64,000 bases of DNA from contig MU054187.1 in the NCBI GenBank assembly GCA_013239625.1, forward strand, positions 14,108,974 to 14,172,973, written 5' to 3'. The stretch's first letter is position 1; each line of letters starts with the position of its first letter. The notes below the pieces were generated by a model. The model did no database searches, was not told the origin of the DNA, and saw only the letters and a list, made by a program, of their open reading frames with translations. The position numbers and the translations under genes are program-made. Shown in pieces: positions 1 through 12,434 of the stretch. This DNA is from Lama guanicoe. Its lineage: Eukaryota.

Positions 1-830
1 TGTATTGCTTTTAACCCCTTTGTGTCTGTAGGCTGACTTCAACTCTGTAACACACATAAAAGTGAGATATCTGAATCAGTGAATAATAATTAGGCCTTTG
101 CCACAAGGGATAATGAATTGATTTATGGCCTTAATATTTAATTACTAAGACATTTGTTTATAGAATGATAAATGGGCAGAGTAATCTGAGTTATTACATA
201 TTTAAATTTTCCTTTTAGTAGTTTCATATAAAGGGAAAAAACTTGAGAACAATACCCATAGGACAAGGTTTATAATATTACTGAGAATAGCTTAGGTCTC
301 ATTTAGGTACATTTGCTTTTTGTTTTAGTTGAAACTTTGACAAAGATGGTTGTAAGTAAAGCTTACTAACACAGCATTATAAATCAACTGTACTTGCAAT
401 AAAAAAAGTTTTTTAAATAAAGCTTTTTTATAACCTGATGCCGTAAGTATAAGTATCAGTTCCTCTGATATTTTCATTTAATAGATCAATATTAGGCCTA
501 AACAGTATTCTGTAAATGCTTAAATTGGTTTTAACCGTGATCATTTTGATGTCTATGATAAATACTTAACAAGGTCATACATACCTTATTAGACGGTTTT
601 GAGTTTTCACCAACATCTTTAGAGGATTTAGTAAAAAACTAGAATTATTTAGCATTTTGAGTTATGTGTGCTTTATTTAACAAGTGAGTGAAAATACTTG
701 AGCATCTGCATAAAAAGTTAAATGGTAGTATTTTGCAATCTGTATTTCTTATTAAAGTTTTATACATTACTTTCTCATTGTCCCTGAATATGTTGTCTTA
801 CACATACAGTAAACAGAAATGTGGATAATT
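1..830 (+). other. TERF1: Probable distal 3' UTR of TERF1 (coding exons lie upstream of the window)
   Basis: AT-rich non-coding sequence. Blocks such as tttgtgtctgtaggctgacttcaactctgtaac and atagatcaatattaggcctaaacagtattctgtaaa resemble my recollection of the human TERF1 3' UTR. TERF1 is the known convergent neighbour of SBSPON. ATTAAA at 751-756. Confidence 0.7.
365..417 (+). mobile_element. Tiny 5'-truncated L1 3'-terminal fragment
   Basis: actaacacagcattataaatcaactgtacttgcaataaaaaaa resembles the L1 3' terminus also seen near 9000 and 27800; flanked by the direct repeat taaagctt (357-364, 418-425). Confidence 0.6.
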
Positions 831-967
831 ACTCTGTGCTTCTTGAGTCAGTCTGTCCTGTTACACCACTGGTTAGTCACTGTGTTTATTGCAGACACTT
901 TGATGGTGAATGCTAGAGCTGATGGCATGAGCCAAAATAGACCAGTAAGTCAGTCTCATTCCAAACA

Positions 968-1210
968 TACCATAAATCATCAAATCTAAGTTGATACTAA
1001 TGTAAGATACTCACTTATTTTATGTGCCACTAAAAAAAATCACTATCAATTATACTTCTTATTTAGAATTCTGTTTTACCTTTAAGAGAGCTATTACAGA
1101 TAGAAGCATAGATTTTTACTGTATAACTTTTTTATCGGATGCATGAAAAGGAAAAGCAGGATAAACTGGGGAATGTATTCCTAAAACTTCATCTTAAGTC
1201 TGACTCTTGA
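968..1210. mobile_element. Degraded TcMar-Tc2 (Kanga/MER104-like) DNA transposon fragment
   Basis: Recalled similarity to Kanga-type sequence (aatctaag...gtaagatactcacttatttttatgtgccactaa). Confidence 0.35.
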
Positions 1211-1214
1211 ATTT

Positions 1215-1575
1215 CTTAATTGAAAATTTTGAGATAACTGGATTCATATGTAGTTGTGAGAAATAATAGTTCCCTTGTACACTTGTTCCAGCTTCCCCCA
1301 ATGTCATGTGTTTAAAAAACTGCATTACCACCATTAGGATACTGGTACTGATTTCCCCATTCTTGCACATTGTGTGTGCAGTGTTGCGAGTATTTCATTG
1401 TGAGCATAGCACTTGTGTGGGTTCATGTGTCTGCCACAGGCAAGATACTGAACACTCCAACACCGTGAGGATCCTTTCTGTTACTCCTCTCCCTCCTGCA
1501 TCATTCCTCCAACCCCTGGCAACCACTAATCTGCCTTCCATGTCTAAAATTTAATCATTTAAAGTGTTAACGTAG
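1215..1575 (-). mobile_element. Old L1M (L1MC/MD-like) 3' fragment
   Basis: Antisense L1 3' UTR motifs, e.g. cccctggcaaccactaatctg and ttttgagataactggattcatatgtagttgtgagaaataa. Confidence 0.6.
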
Positions 1576-1578
1576 AAT

Positions 1579-1700
1579 TGGGGAGGGTATAGCTCAGTGG
1601 TAGAGTGTATGCTTCGCATGCATGCAGTCCTGAGTTCAGTCCCTAATACCACCACGTAATAAACCTAGTTACCTCTCCGCCTGAAAAAAGAAGCAAAACA
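1579..1700 (+). mobile_element. Camelid vic-1-like tRNA-derived SINE
   Basis: ggggagggtatagctcagtggtagag (A box) ... gtcctgagttcagtccc (B box), then aataaacctagttacctc and an A-rich tail. Confidence 0.85.
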
Positions 1701-1717
1701 TACATAATGTTACATAG

Positions 1718-2390
1718 TGACTTCCTGAAAATGGCAGAGTAAGGGGGCTCCAAAGAGCCTTCCCTCTACTGAAATGACTTAAGCTGGCAGAAACTTGGAG
1801 TCAACTTTCTGAAACTAGTAACTGGGTAGTACTTAATGAAGAAAGGCTACTTAATTTTGGTAAGAGGATTTCGGTGTTTAACCCTGCTTGAAGGGCTAAG
1901 TGGCCTGTGTTCTTGTGCGGCTGGATGCTACGTGAGGGGGCAATACGGACCTTGTGCTCAGATTGTGGTTGTGTGTTTTGGCCTGTCGGGCAGTTCCCGG
2001 AGGGTTCAGTTCAGAGGTATGCCGTTGTTTTGCCCCCTCTGGACTCTCAAGGGCTTTAAAAACATTGCCTAGAGCCACCGAGGGTCAAGGCCAGCAGGAG
2101 GGCAAGCAGCAGAGAAACCGGAAAGCCTGGGGAGGAAGGTACCTGGGGCGTGAGGGGTTAAGGGCTTTGAAGGGCTCTGGAGTAAACCGGGGAATCCAGA
2201 GGGCCAGGCACAAGCCCGGGACTGGACAGTCTCAGGGGTGACCCTCGGCCTCTCTGCCGAGTGATCTTTAGGCTTCGTAAGTGCGGGAGGGGGAGGTTAA
2301 GGCAGAGTTGTAAGTGGCCTGGCTCAGCATTGAACACGTGCTCCAACTCAGAGCCAGTCAGCAAAGGCTGAGAGAGTATCTTGTTTTTCT
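1718..2390 (+). mobile_element. Probable L1 5'-end (5' UTR) relic
   Basis: Begins gacttcctgaaaatggcagagtaagg, typical of L1M 5' ends; GC-richer block interrupting older L1 sequence. Confidence 0.45.
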
Positions 2391-3330
2391 TTCTAAGGAA
2401 ATTAAATGAAATACTCTATGTACCCTATGCCATTTTTTCTTTCACTCAACATACTCATGTTGTATGCAGCTGTACTTGTTCATTTGCATTTCTTTACAGT
2501 AATATATAATTACATCACAATTATCTGTTACGCCGCTGAGCATTTGAGTTGTGGAAATAAATGACAGCTCAGAAGTGAAAACAGGCTGTTGATTCAGGGC
2601 TTTCTATAGAAAAGGAGTCAGCCACCAGCACCTGTGTTTGGCAGAGAAGCAGGCTGATGTCTTTGATGGGACAGCTTTAGGGTGAAAAACAAAGGCTTTC
2701 GGGCGTGCCCTGATTGGAGGTTGCTGGCGTGAGGGACCTGGAGCCTGGCCAACTAGCAGCGGGGATCTTACGTGATTATTTTAGGAAACATATTTGGCTT
2801 TCTCTGGTCCTGAGGTGGAGGGAGTAGGGACAAAAAAAAACGGGATGCTGGCAGTCATCGACCAAGTCCTTCCCATTCTGGGTTGATTGCTGCGGGGGTT
2901 TAGTTCAGCCTTCTAAACTGGTGGCTGCAGACAGGTTGTGGCTCTGAGCTGTCACGTAAGCTCTGCCCTTTGTCAGTTTTTATATTCAGTCTCTGAGTTG
3001 TTTCCAGTTAATGGCTGCAAGGCTTTTCCAATTTACATGAAGTGTAATGTTAGGAGTAATATTAATTCTTAAATGAACTGTGTAAGCCCTGGAGCAATCA
3101 TACACACGTAATAGATACAGACATATGTATAATTGTATACACATATGTTGCCAATAAATAAATTAAAATAAAATAGCAAAGATTATTCAAATAATCCAAA
3201 AGAAAGAAAAAGTCAGGGGAAGGGGACAGGAAGTTAAAATAAAACCACAGGGACAAACCAAAAAAATGAACAATGGTGCTCCTGAATCCAACCACATTGA
3301 TAATTACATTGAATGTCAGTAGTCTAAGCC

Positions 3331-3520
3331 AGAGGGTAAGCAAACTTTCTGGAAAGGGCCAGATAAAATATTTTCGGCCTTGTGGGCCATGAGGTTTCTG
3401 TCAGCTCTGCTTGCAGTTAGCCATAGACATAAACTTGTGAATGAGTAGGTGTAGCTGTGTGCCAGAGAAACTACTGCAGAAATAGACAGCAGGCAAGACT
3501 TAGCCTGCGTGCATTCTGAC
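3331..3520. mobile_element. MER58A-like hAT-Charlie element
   Basis: gcaaactttctggaaagggccagataaaatattttcggccttgtgggccat ... gccatagaca matches the recalled MER58A consensus. Confidence 0.7.
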
Positions 3521-3849
3521 CATCTTGCTGAAGAGAGGGCGGCAAGGGAAATAAGGACTATAAGAAGGCCCCTGGCTGCTGTGCCAAATGGTGGAACCCA
3601 GCCTGCTGGTGGTAGTGAAGAAACTGGCCGTGCTGGTCTGGAACAACAGCCCACCATTCCCGGGCGGTGAGGGGAGGGTGGAGAGGTGTTTCCATGTGAA
3701 CAAAGTGCAGCGGGAGCACAGAGGCAAAATGTGCCTGGTCTGCTTCCCCCCACCCTAGCCTGCCTCCTGCATCTTCCAGATCACTCGCTGTCCCCTAACG
3801 TTACAAAGAAACTGAAGAATATGGAAAGAAATCTATGTCTGTTCCTGTC

Positions 3850-3960
3850 TGACTGAAGCACTGTGCTATACACCAGAAACTGACACAACATTGTAAACTG
3901 ACTGAATTTTAAAAAAGCAATGAAAGACTAAACATTTTTACTGAAAAAAAAAGAAGAAAA
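3850..3960 (+). mobile_element. Short L1 3'-terminal fragment
   Basis: gctatacaccagaaactgacacaacattgtaaactgac followed by an A-rich tail. Confidence 0.65.
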
Positions 3961-4864
3961 TGAAAAGGATACAGGAAGACACTGAACAGAGAAGGGCTTC
4001 TCCTCTCCCAGGCCCACTTTCCAGGATGGTTCTCGGTTTTAGATGTCCTGGGGGTCATCACCATCCCCATTCTAAATAACGTGCTTATGCTTCCATTTCC
4101 AGGTTACTTACCATGGCCTGATACCTATGACAGCAACTCCCTGATGTGACAGGTGAGACACCCACTGCCTCACACTTCCTCTCCCTCTCCTCCTGCGCTG
4201 CTTCTGAGCTTTGCTCAATCTATTCCTTCTTTTAGTAGCTAAAGCTCTTTCTTGTGCCATCTGCTCTAGACAGAAATCCTTGTCTCCCCTATGCAGGATG
4301 AGGAAATTCGGACCCTCTACCCCTCTGTGCCTCCCCTCTGCCCAGCTTCCCACACCCTCCTGTTACTTTTACATTGTCAAGGGTTCAGTTTGTTGTTGGT
4401 TTGGTTTTAGCATTTATTCTGTCCAGTGATTATAATGAAATATTTTGTGTTTTGTGTATGGGTTGATTCTAAAAAATCAGAAACTGATAACCGTATGTTA
4501 TGATTATATAGTATATTATTCACATGAGATCCTAGAAGTGTGACTGACTCACCAAAAAATGTAATCCTGTATCACAAAATTCATGCAACTCAACGAACTG
4601 TCAAGGTAAATTGTATTCTCCCCTTCTGTCTCACTGTTTTTCTATCTTCCTCTCTCCAGTACCTCAAAATCATGCCACATTTTAGTTTGCTTCAGATTTT
4701 GACCATACCTTGATTTCAATTTCTTCTTGAAACGTTTATGTCCATTTTTATAAAAATAATACACGTTCATAGACTCACTTTTTATTTCTTAGTACAATTT
4801 CTCCCATTCCATTGTATATATGTTCTGTAGTTTAATTCCCATTCCTTTATTGATAGGTCTTTGA

Positions 4865-4962
4865 GTTTTTTCCTTAATTTTTTTTAATGGAGATACTGGG
4901 GCTTGAACCCAGGACCTCATGCCTGCTAAACATGTGCTCTACCACTGAGCTATACCCTCCCC
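4865..4962 (-). mobile_element. vic-1-like tRNA-derived SINE
   Basis: Reverse-complement SINE (gaacccaggacctcatgc...ctctaccactgagctataccctcccc) with a T-rich tail. Confidence 0.85.
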
Positions 4963-5559
4963 TCCACGGTCATGGCTTTAAAACTGAAGCACTCTTTCCT
5001 CCCACTGCCCTTCAATTCTCTCTAAACTCAAGTGACCATTCTCAACTCTTTCAGCTCTTTTCTCAGGTGTATGCTCAGACTGCTGTTTGTTATTTTCCAG
5101 TGTGAGGTGTTACATTAGTCACCCCCCATGATACAGCATGAGGTTTGGGGTCTCTTGCATGCTCCCCGCAACCCTCCACAAGCATTTACCTCTCACGCAT
5201 ACATATGCTTCTCCCCAGTTCTTCCAGAGTAATTTGCATGTTTCTGGTTAAATCAGTATTCAGTGTTTGTGTTACTATAACCCTGTAACTGTTATTTACA
5301 TCTGAGCTGTGTGTACCCATCACTTACTCATCTCCAAATTCTCCGACCAATTTTAAAACCTCTGATTATGTTGAAATATGTCAGACATTCTACTGACTTC
5401 ATTGGGTTTTGGTGGCATCGCTCCTACCCCCATGTGTCTGCTTGCCCTCCAGCCTGGCTGCACAGCTGTCAAGCTTACATCTCCCCTCATCTTGGCTCTG
5501 GGCATCCCAATTATCTCTCTCCTGGTCTTGAGTCCCTGTTTCCTGGATCCTCTCTCTTG

Positions 5560-7430
5560 GCTTATACTCTCATTTATCCTCCTATATTTTCCCAAGAAGA
5601 TATGCATATAGTGAAAAATGTTTATATCATGCATGTCTGAATACATCCTTATTCTACCCCTCTATTTCGTGAATAATTTCATTGGATATAGAATTTTAGT
5701 TTGAAAAACATTTTCTCAGAATTTCAAAGGCATTGCTCAGTTGTCTTGAGCATCAAATGTTGCTTTAGGTGCTGTGACTCTGACACCATTCTGATTACTG
5801 AGCCTTTGCATGTGACCTACTTTTTTTCTCTCTGGAAGCTTGTAAATTCTTCTGTGTATCCAAAGAGCTAGAATTTCATGGTAACATGCTTTGATGTGAG
5901 TCTTCTTTTTAAACTAATGATACTCAATGAATTCTGAAATCCCTGGGCTAAGTTCTGAAAAGTATTATTCTGTTATTTCTTTGCCAATTTTCTCCTGTCT
6001 TTTTTTGTACTTTCTTTCTGGAACTCCCATTACTCAGGCATTGCATCTCTTTGACGGATCTTCTAATTCTTATCTTTTGTCTCCTAATTTCTGTATCTTT
6101 AATTTTTTGGTTTACTTTCTGGGGAAAATGTCATAAAACTTAATCTTCCAAGGTTTTATAACATATATCCACTATCAAACTTTTTAATTTACAAGAGCTT
6201 TTAGTGCTCTGATTATTCCTTTTTTAGGGCATTCTGTTCTTATTTCATGATTGATAGCATTTCATTTTTCTGCTCCTGGCAGTGTTTACTCCCTCTGAGT
6301 TTTGTTATATTGCTTGTTTGTTTCTGTTTAATTTTGGTTTCCCTCTTTCTTTGTTAATGGTTTTCCTCCAAGTGCCTGGCTGAACTGAGCTGTCCATTTG
6401 TATTTATAAGTGAGGATGAAGAAGTTGCTTGAAAGCTCTGTGAGCACTAATGTGTGCTCACACGTCAAGGCAGTGATCGGACAGAAACTTGGCTCTTTCA
6501 CCTGTTGGTACCTATAGTCATTTTATTGGATGATTCATTTTCTCAGAGAGGAATCCAGCAAGCTGGTGTGAGTGGGTGAGTGTCGCAGTGAGGCAGTGAG
6601 GGAGGGAATACAGCGTTCTCAGAGCGTGTGGAGGAGGGACCTGGGGGGTCACCACTCAGACCAGAGACTGATTCTCCCTTCTCAGTTGTTCTTTCTGGTG
6701 TGTCCAATCTGGAGTCCCTACCAAAGAGTAAACCTTCTGTCCAGCTGTTGCCTGGCTGCAGAGCAATCTAAGGCTCTGTTTCTTATACCAACTCTCAACC
6801 ATTCCGCTGAAGGAAACATCTGGAACCTTAAGTGAGCCTTTCCAGGGTGTTGTCAATGACCTTGCTCGCCGAAATTCACCCCCAGAGGCCTTTGGCTTTC
6901 TCCTTTCTTCTTAGACAGCCTCTCCTTTACTAGTCCTGAAATTTTGTGACCATCTCTTTTCAGCTGTATTTTTCTCTTTTAATCTCCTTTTCATTACATT
7001 TTTGTCTTAAAAAAAATCCTTTAATTGTAATTTTATTGGGAATTGGCAGGTAAAGGGGGTAAATATATGTTCAACCTGCCTTGTTTAACTGAAAAAAAAT
7101 ACCCTACTTACAACCATCTCACAAGGCTTCTGAATCTCTCTGCCTTGGAAAGGCTGAATCTTGCCTTCGCACTTTCAGCTTGGCTGATAGAGAAATGTTA
7201 GTTTCAAAGTCATACTCCCTCAGAGCTTGGAGGTTTTATTCTATTAGACTTTAAGTCTCCACTGATGTTGCTGTCTCTCAGGGAGAGTCTTATTTTTTTG
7301 TAGGTAATCTGTCTTTCTCTGTCTGGAAGGTTTTATAGCGTTTTCTTTATCCTTGATTTTAAATTTCACAAATTTGTCTTTAGGGAGTGGGGATTTTTTG
7401 AATTCATCTTGTTTGTGCTCAGTGAGCCCT
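5560..7430 (-). mobile_element. Highly degraded ancient L1 (L1ME/HAL1-like) fragments
   Basis: T-rich antisense L1 motifs (ttggatatagaattttagtttgaaaa...aggcattgctc; tctttatccttgattttaaatttcac). Boundaries approximate. Confidence 0.45.
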
Positions 7431-8787
7431 CTCCATCCTGAGAAGAATGGCTCTCACCTCTGACTCCACCTCCTTTTCTATGTGTTTTAAAGGGGATGGT
7501 CCCTCCATTCTGGTTTACCCATCAGTAGAATCCCGGGTGCTTTCAATCTTCAAAAATATTCTTCAAAATCTCTGGGCTGATTCCCACCCTCCCTTCCGAT
7601 CTATGTTATAGACTCATTCTCTTTTGTGAATCCTGTCACCTCAGTGGGATTGGAGGAAGGAGAGAAGGTAAACATGTATCCGTCACCTTGACCTAGAAGC
7701 TTCGCTTCTCTTTCTATGTGCCCATCACCTGATCGCTTACACCTCAGAATGCCCAGGTTTCCTAAATCAAACTACAGTTATTTGTACGAATCTTCACGAG
7801 AATATTCTTAGAGGGCAGAACCAGTTTTATTTTACATCATTTTGGTGCAAACCTAGAAAAGACGGCTAATTAAACTTTTTATGCCAGAATAGAATTAAGT
7901 AATTTAAATTATTGCTATTGCTGTGTATGCATCATTGCAACATTCTCGAATAAAAACGCCCCAAGAATGAACCCAAAACAGAACGGTGTGATTATATATC
8001 ACCTTATTCTTTGTCATCTCTTTCTCTCTTTTTTTCCCCCAATTTTCTAAATGATCACCATCTCTAATTCCTTCCTCCTTGTTTCCTGAGTGGGGATATT
8101 TATTTTTGTTCAAAGTACTTTCCTCATGCATTTTTGAAAAGCAGCCTATTAAGGAATTCTAGGGTCCGTAAATCATTGTAGAGTGCCCGTGGAAAGGACC
8201 CCAACTCTAACGTGCTCATTAGAAAAGAACACTGAAGAAGTCTTACCTACTTTGATCTTTAACTCTGAAAGTAAAAACTTTTGGTTCTTCATTAATCACT
8301 TGGACTACATGTTTCATTTCTGGACTGTTTCCTTGGGCTTTGCTAGAATGAATACCAAGCTTTTCAAGATCATTATTGAATAGTTATGACTTCTAACCTA
8401 TGAAATTCTTCTCAAGAATAGAAATAAAAATATGCCCCAATATGAAAGTAATTAATGGCCATGTACCAAAAGCGAAAGACCTACTTTGAAAAATTGATTT
8501 TACACAACTCAATTATGCTAAATGTTATAACACATATTGGAACCATAAGTACATCACAGCTTTTTTGCTGTTAGCATCATACTTATGTCGATCAGTTCTA
8601 AAGTGTTTTGTTTAGGTTATAGTGAAATTTTATTTATTCTCTGATCAGTCCAGAAAATTTGGGTATTTTTTAGTCAGATAAATAAAGAGCTTTTAAAAAT
8701 GTGAACAGAAAGTTTATTTAGTGGCATAAAATTTTAAGCAACATTGAAAATTACTCAGGTTTGCCTTCAAAAATTTTGCTTTACAAA

Positions 8788-9023
8788 AGGGAGTGGGAAG
8801 GGATAAGTTTACGAGTTTGAGATTTGCAAATGTTAGCCACTGTATATAAAAATAGACTTAAAAAAATTTCTTCTGCATAGCACAGGGAACTATATTCAGT
8901 ATCTTGTAATAACCTTTAATGAAAAATAATATGAAAACAAATACATGTATGTATATGTATGACTGGGACATTGTGCTGTACATCAGAAATTGACAGATTA
9001 TAACTGACTATACTTCAATTAAA
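8788..9023 (+). mobile_element. 5'-truncated young L1 3' end with perfect 19-bp TSD
   Basis: L1 3' UTR (gcatagcacagggaactatattcagtatcttgtaataacc...tatacttcaattaaaa); TSD aaaaattttgctttacaaa at 8769-8787 and 9024-9042. Confidence 0.85.
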
Positions 9024-9347
9024 AAAAATTTTGCTTTACAAATGTTAGAAATGGCCTTAAAATGTTAATTCTGAACTTAGAGTTGGAATTCCTAACCCTG
9101 ATGAGACTCAAATTTTTTATTATTGGTTTCTGAAGAATTTAATTTACCACACAAACAATTCTGACAGCTGAATATATATAGTCAGAAATATTGCTGCTCT
9201 CAGCATTAAATATTGGGGATTTTTCCATCCCTATTAAGCTTGCAATTATTATGTTATTACATGAATGTACCAAGAAATATGTATTTTAGTAAATCATTTG
9301 TTAGGTAATAATATTTTATACAAATGAAACCAAAGGAATTTCATATA

Positions 9348-9798
9348 CGAGCATATCTCATTTTATTGTGCTTCACAGATAATTGCATTTTTTACAAACT
9401 GAAAGTTTGTGGCACCCCTGCATCTAGCAAGTCTATTGGCTCCATTTTTCCAATACCATCTGTTCACTTTGTGTCTCTGTGTCACATTTTGGTAATTCTC
9501 ACAATATTTCAAACTTTTTCACTATTATTATTATATTTGTTAAGGTGTTCTGTGATCAGTGATCTTTGTTGTTACTACTCACTAAAGGCTCAGATGATGG
9601 TTAGCGTTTTTCAGTAATAAAGTATTTTTCAATGAAGGTATGCACATTGTTTTCTCAGACATAATGCTATTGCACAGGTAACAAACTTCAATATAGTGTG
9701 AACAAAACTTTTATTTGCACTGGGAAGCCAAAATTTCTTGTGACCCGCTTTATTGTGGTGGTTTGGAACCGAACCCAAACATCTCCAGGGTATGCCGG
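9348..9798 (+). mobile_element. Internally deleted Tigger1 (MITE-like) DNA transposon
   Basis: Both Tigger1 ends are present (cgagcatatctc...tttgtggcacccctg; aaggctcagatgatggttagc...ggaaccgaaccc...ggtatgccgg), flanked by TA on both sides. Confidence 0.85.
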
Positions 9799-10963
9799 TA
9801 GATTAAATCTCAAGCTTCAGTTCTCCCAAGAAAATACCCTGAATATAAAATTTTGCAGAAATAAAAAGGGCTTTGCTTTTATAGCACCATCAGGCTCTCC
9901 ATCAAAGCTGATTCCTGGATGAAAAGCTAAGACCTGGGTCCAGCTGTCATTCATCCCAAATCCTTCAACAAGGCACTTTGTCTCTGGTTCATTGCTTCTC
10001 TAATCATAAAATGAGACTAATACTTCTCTGTGTGCGGTGGTGGGGATCCTAGCATTTGTAATAAATCTCTGCTATCCATAATCTATACCTCTGGCTTCTA
10101 CTCCAGACATAAGAAAACGTGTGCATGTGTGCTGCAGGAAAACAAAGTCGTATGTTTTACTTCAATTAACTCCAAGCTCATCTTAGTCAACTTCAGGCTT
10201 AATTTAAGCCTTGGAAATAATCTTAGATGCTAATGATGGTAGAATGTTCACAATTAAAGCAAGTGTTTCATTCATTGGTGCCAAAATTTCACTTCCTGGA
10301 AATTATAACATTTAAAGAAACTCTGTACTGACCTAGAATGAACATTTGATTGATTCTTTTCGATTAACTGAAGAAAATTTCTTCTAGTTTAAAAAAAGTA
10401 TTTTAGTATAGTTGTTGGTTTTGCATTAGCTTACTAAATCTTAGCTTGACTGTGGAAAGTGATTTGTGACAATTTGTTCGACAGTTATTATTTCAGAATT
10501 TATGGAATAATATATGGGAAATGTATGAGCATACATATATCTATAGGCAGTTTTTAAGGCTTTTCTTTTTAAGAGATTACAGAATAGAAAGAAAGAATGC
10601 AAGACTCAAAGCATGGATACCCTGAACATGACAGCTTATCAATAAACGAACCACGTACAGACAAACATGAACTCCGTGTCCAGTGTGCCACCTGTTGAAT
10701 GAGGAGCCGCCAGGTGACAGGTCAAGGATGTAAAACCACAGGAGACTGCATGGTGGGCCCTCAACTTAGTAAAAATAAAAATAAAGGCGCTGTGTTTCTT
10801 GAGAACTGGCCCCTAAATTTCCTTTCTCTATTTCACAGTGTGGCAGTGACTTTTATACAGGGGCCCTTGGCCAAAGAGTTTATAAAGGATTATGAAACAC
10901 TGAACGTGATTTGCTAATATTTAGCATGTTTACAAACACATTTTGAAATATTTCTATCACAAT

Positions 10964-11081
10964 CTATATAAAAATAAAGCTGTGAACAGCTGGACAAGAA
11001 CACCGTTCAACTCGCCGCACTTTTTTCCAAGTTCCTTGACACCGAGGACTGCCGACTGCTTGCCAATGGAGAGTCTGGTTT
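10964..11081 (-). CDS. SBSPON: SBSPON coding exon 5 (last)
   Basis: Acceptor tttcag|A; encodes (G)NQTLHWQAVGSPRCQGTWKKVRRVERCSCPAVHSFIFI then TAG; 118 nt; matches the SBSPON C-terminus; NQT sequon present. Confidence 0.95.
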
Positions 11082-12001
11082 CTGAAACAGTATTTTGAAA
11101 ATGGGAGTTACACGAAAAGCAAACCAAAGGAAATTCTAATTTACAGAATTATAAATCGAAATTTGTTGTTTTTCTTTTTTTTTTCCCCAGAATGATCACA
11201 CCTAGAGTTTTGAAATGCATTACAAATTAAAAAAAAAAAATCACAAACTAAGTCCCTTCTTTGGGTTCCATTAAAACAAGTTAACAATCTCTATTTGGGG
11301 ACACCCCTGTTAAACTGTAGTTTGAGGCTACTGTGTTGGTTTCTCTCACTCGCTCTGAGTATATGAAGTGCTACATAAAGGAAAAAGGCTTCCTGGTTTG
11401 TGTGTATTTAAATTAGAGGGGTCTGTACCAAATGCTCCCTTGTAACACTTTCCAACTCTTTGATTCCATAATGAAAAATGGGAGACGTGAAAAGAAAAAA
11501 GCCAGATTATTGAAATTATTATTTTTAAAGTCACTGGAACCTCAGCCACGGTTTAAGGTGTTTTATGGGTACGAATTAAATGATAATATTCATTTAAAGT
11601 CAAAATAAGGATGAGGTATTGCAGAAAAACATTAAATCTAAATATTAATTGTCTATTTCCCGAGTTCCTTACCCACTTTACTGTGTAGACGGTGAACTCA
11701 GCACAGAGGCTGCTGGCACAAGAGACTAATAAACATAAATTCAGGTTATTAAATATTAAAATGTACTGTGGGAATAGCGATTAACTGGAAAAGTCATACT
11801 TTTTCTTTCTAATCTATATTTTTACCAGTTCCAGCTGACATACTTAAAACCATAATCCATGTCCATTACAAAGCCTGCCCTTCTTTTAATTATGAATAGT
11901 GTTAGCAGATTTAACTGGTAGCTAAATACAGGATGGAGACGGGTTTTTAGATGGTTAAAATGTTTTCAAGGGTCAATTCTCTTGGACAATCTATAGATTT
12001 C

Positions 12002-12410
12002 TGTAGGTGTATGCAACATTATAATTTACAAGAAATGTATATTTTATCCTTCAGATGACCAAAATGTATTTCTCATGTATATTTGGTCTTTGTCCAGAGT
12101 TCCTGGCTGGTAACACCCAAAGCCCTTGGAATTTCCTAAGTATTGAGAGTGATAAAGGTGTCTTTTGTTATGTGGATGCACCTTAAGTAGGGAGTTGGTT
12201 GCCAAGAGAGCCAACCAGGTGGTTAGAGGGTTAGAACTTTCAGTGCCCTCCCACCCCCATCCTGACCTCCAGGGAGAGGGGCTGAAGGTAGAATCGATGG
12301 CCAATGGCCAGTGATTTAATCAATGGTGCCTACCTAATGGGGCCTCCATAAAAGCCTGAAAGGATGGGGTTCAGAGCACTTCTAGGTAGGGGACCACGTG
12401 GAGATGTGGG
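12002..12410 (+). mobile_element. MER21-like LTR fragment
   Basis: tatttggtctttgtcc...cccttggaatttcctaag...gttagagggttagaactttcag...gccaatggccagtgatttaatcaat...cctccataaaa matches the recalled MER21 consensus. Confidence 0.75.
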
Positions 12411-12434
12411 GAAAATGAGTTGAAAGAAAAGTAA

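Larger units (their letters stand above)
8690..10963 (-). other. SBSPON: Predicted SBSPON 3' UTR
   Basis: Follows the stop codon at 10964-10966. Candidate AATAAA on the minus strand at 8713-8718 (tttatt on +). The 3' end is inferred; other signals exist. Confidence 0.5.

Noticed and set aside
1579..1655. tRNA-like sequence (also at 4890, 26120, 53295)
   Set aside because: Degenerate copies with A-rich tails and, in several cases, TSDs: SINEs, not tRNA genes.
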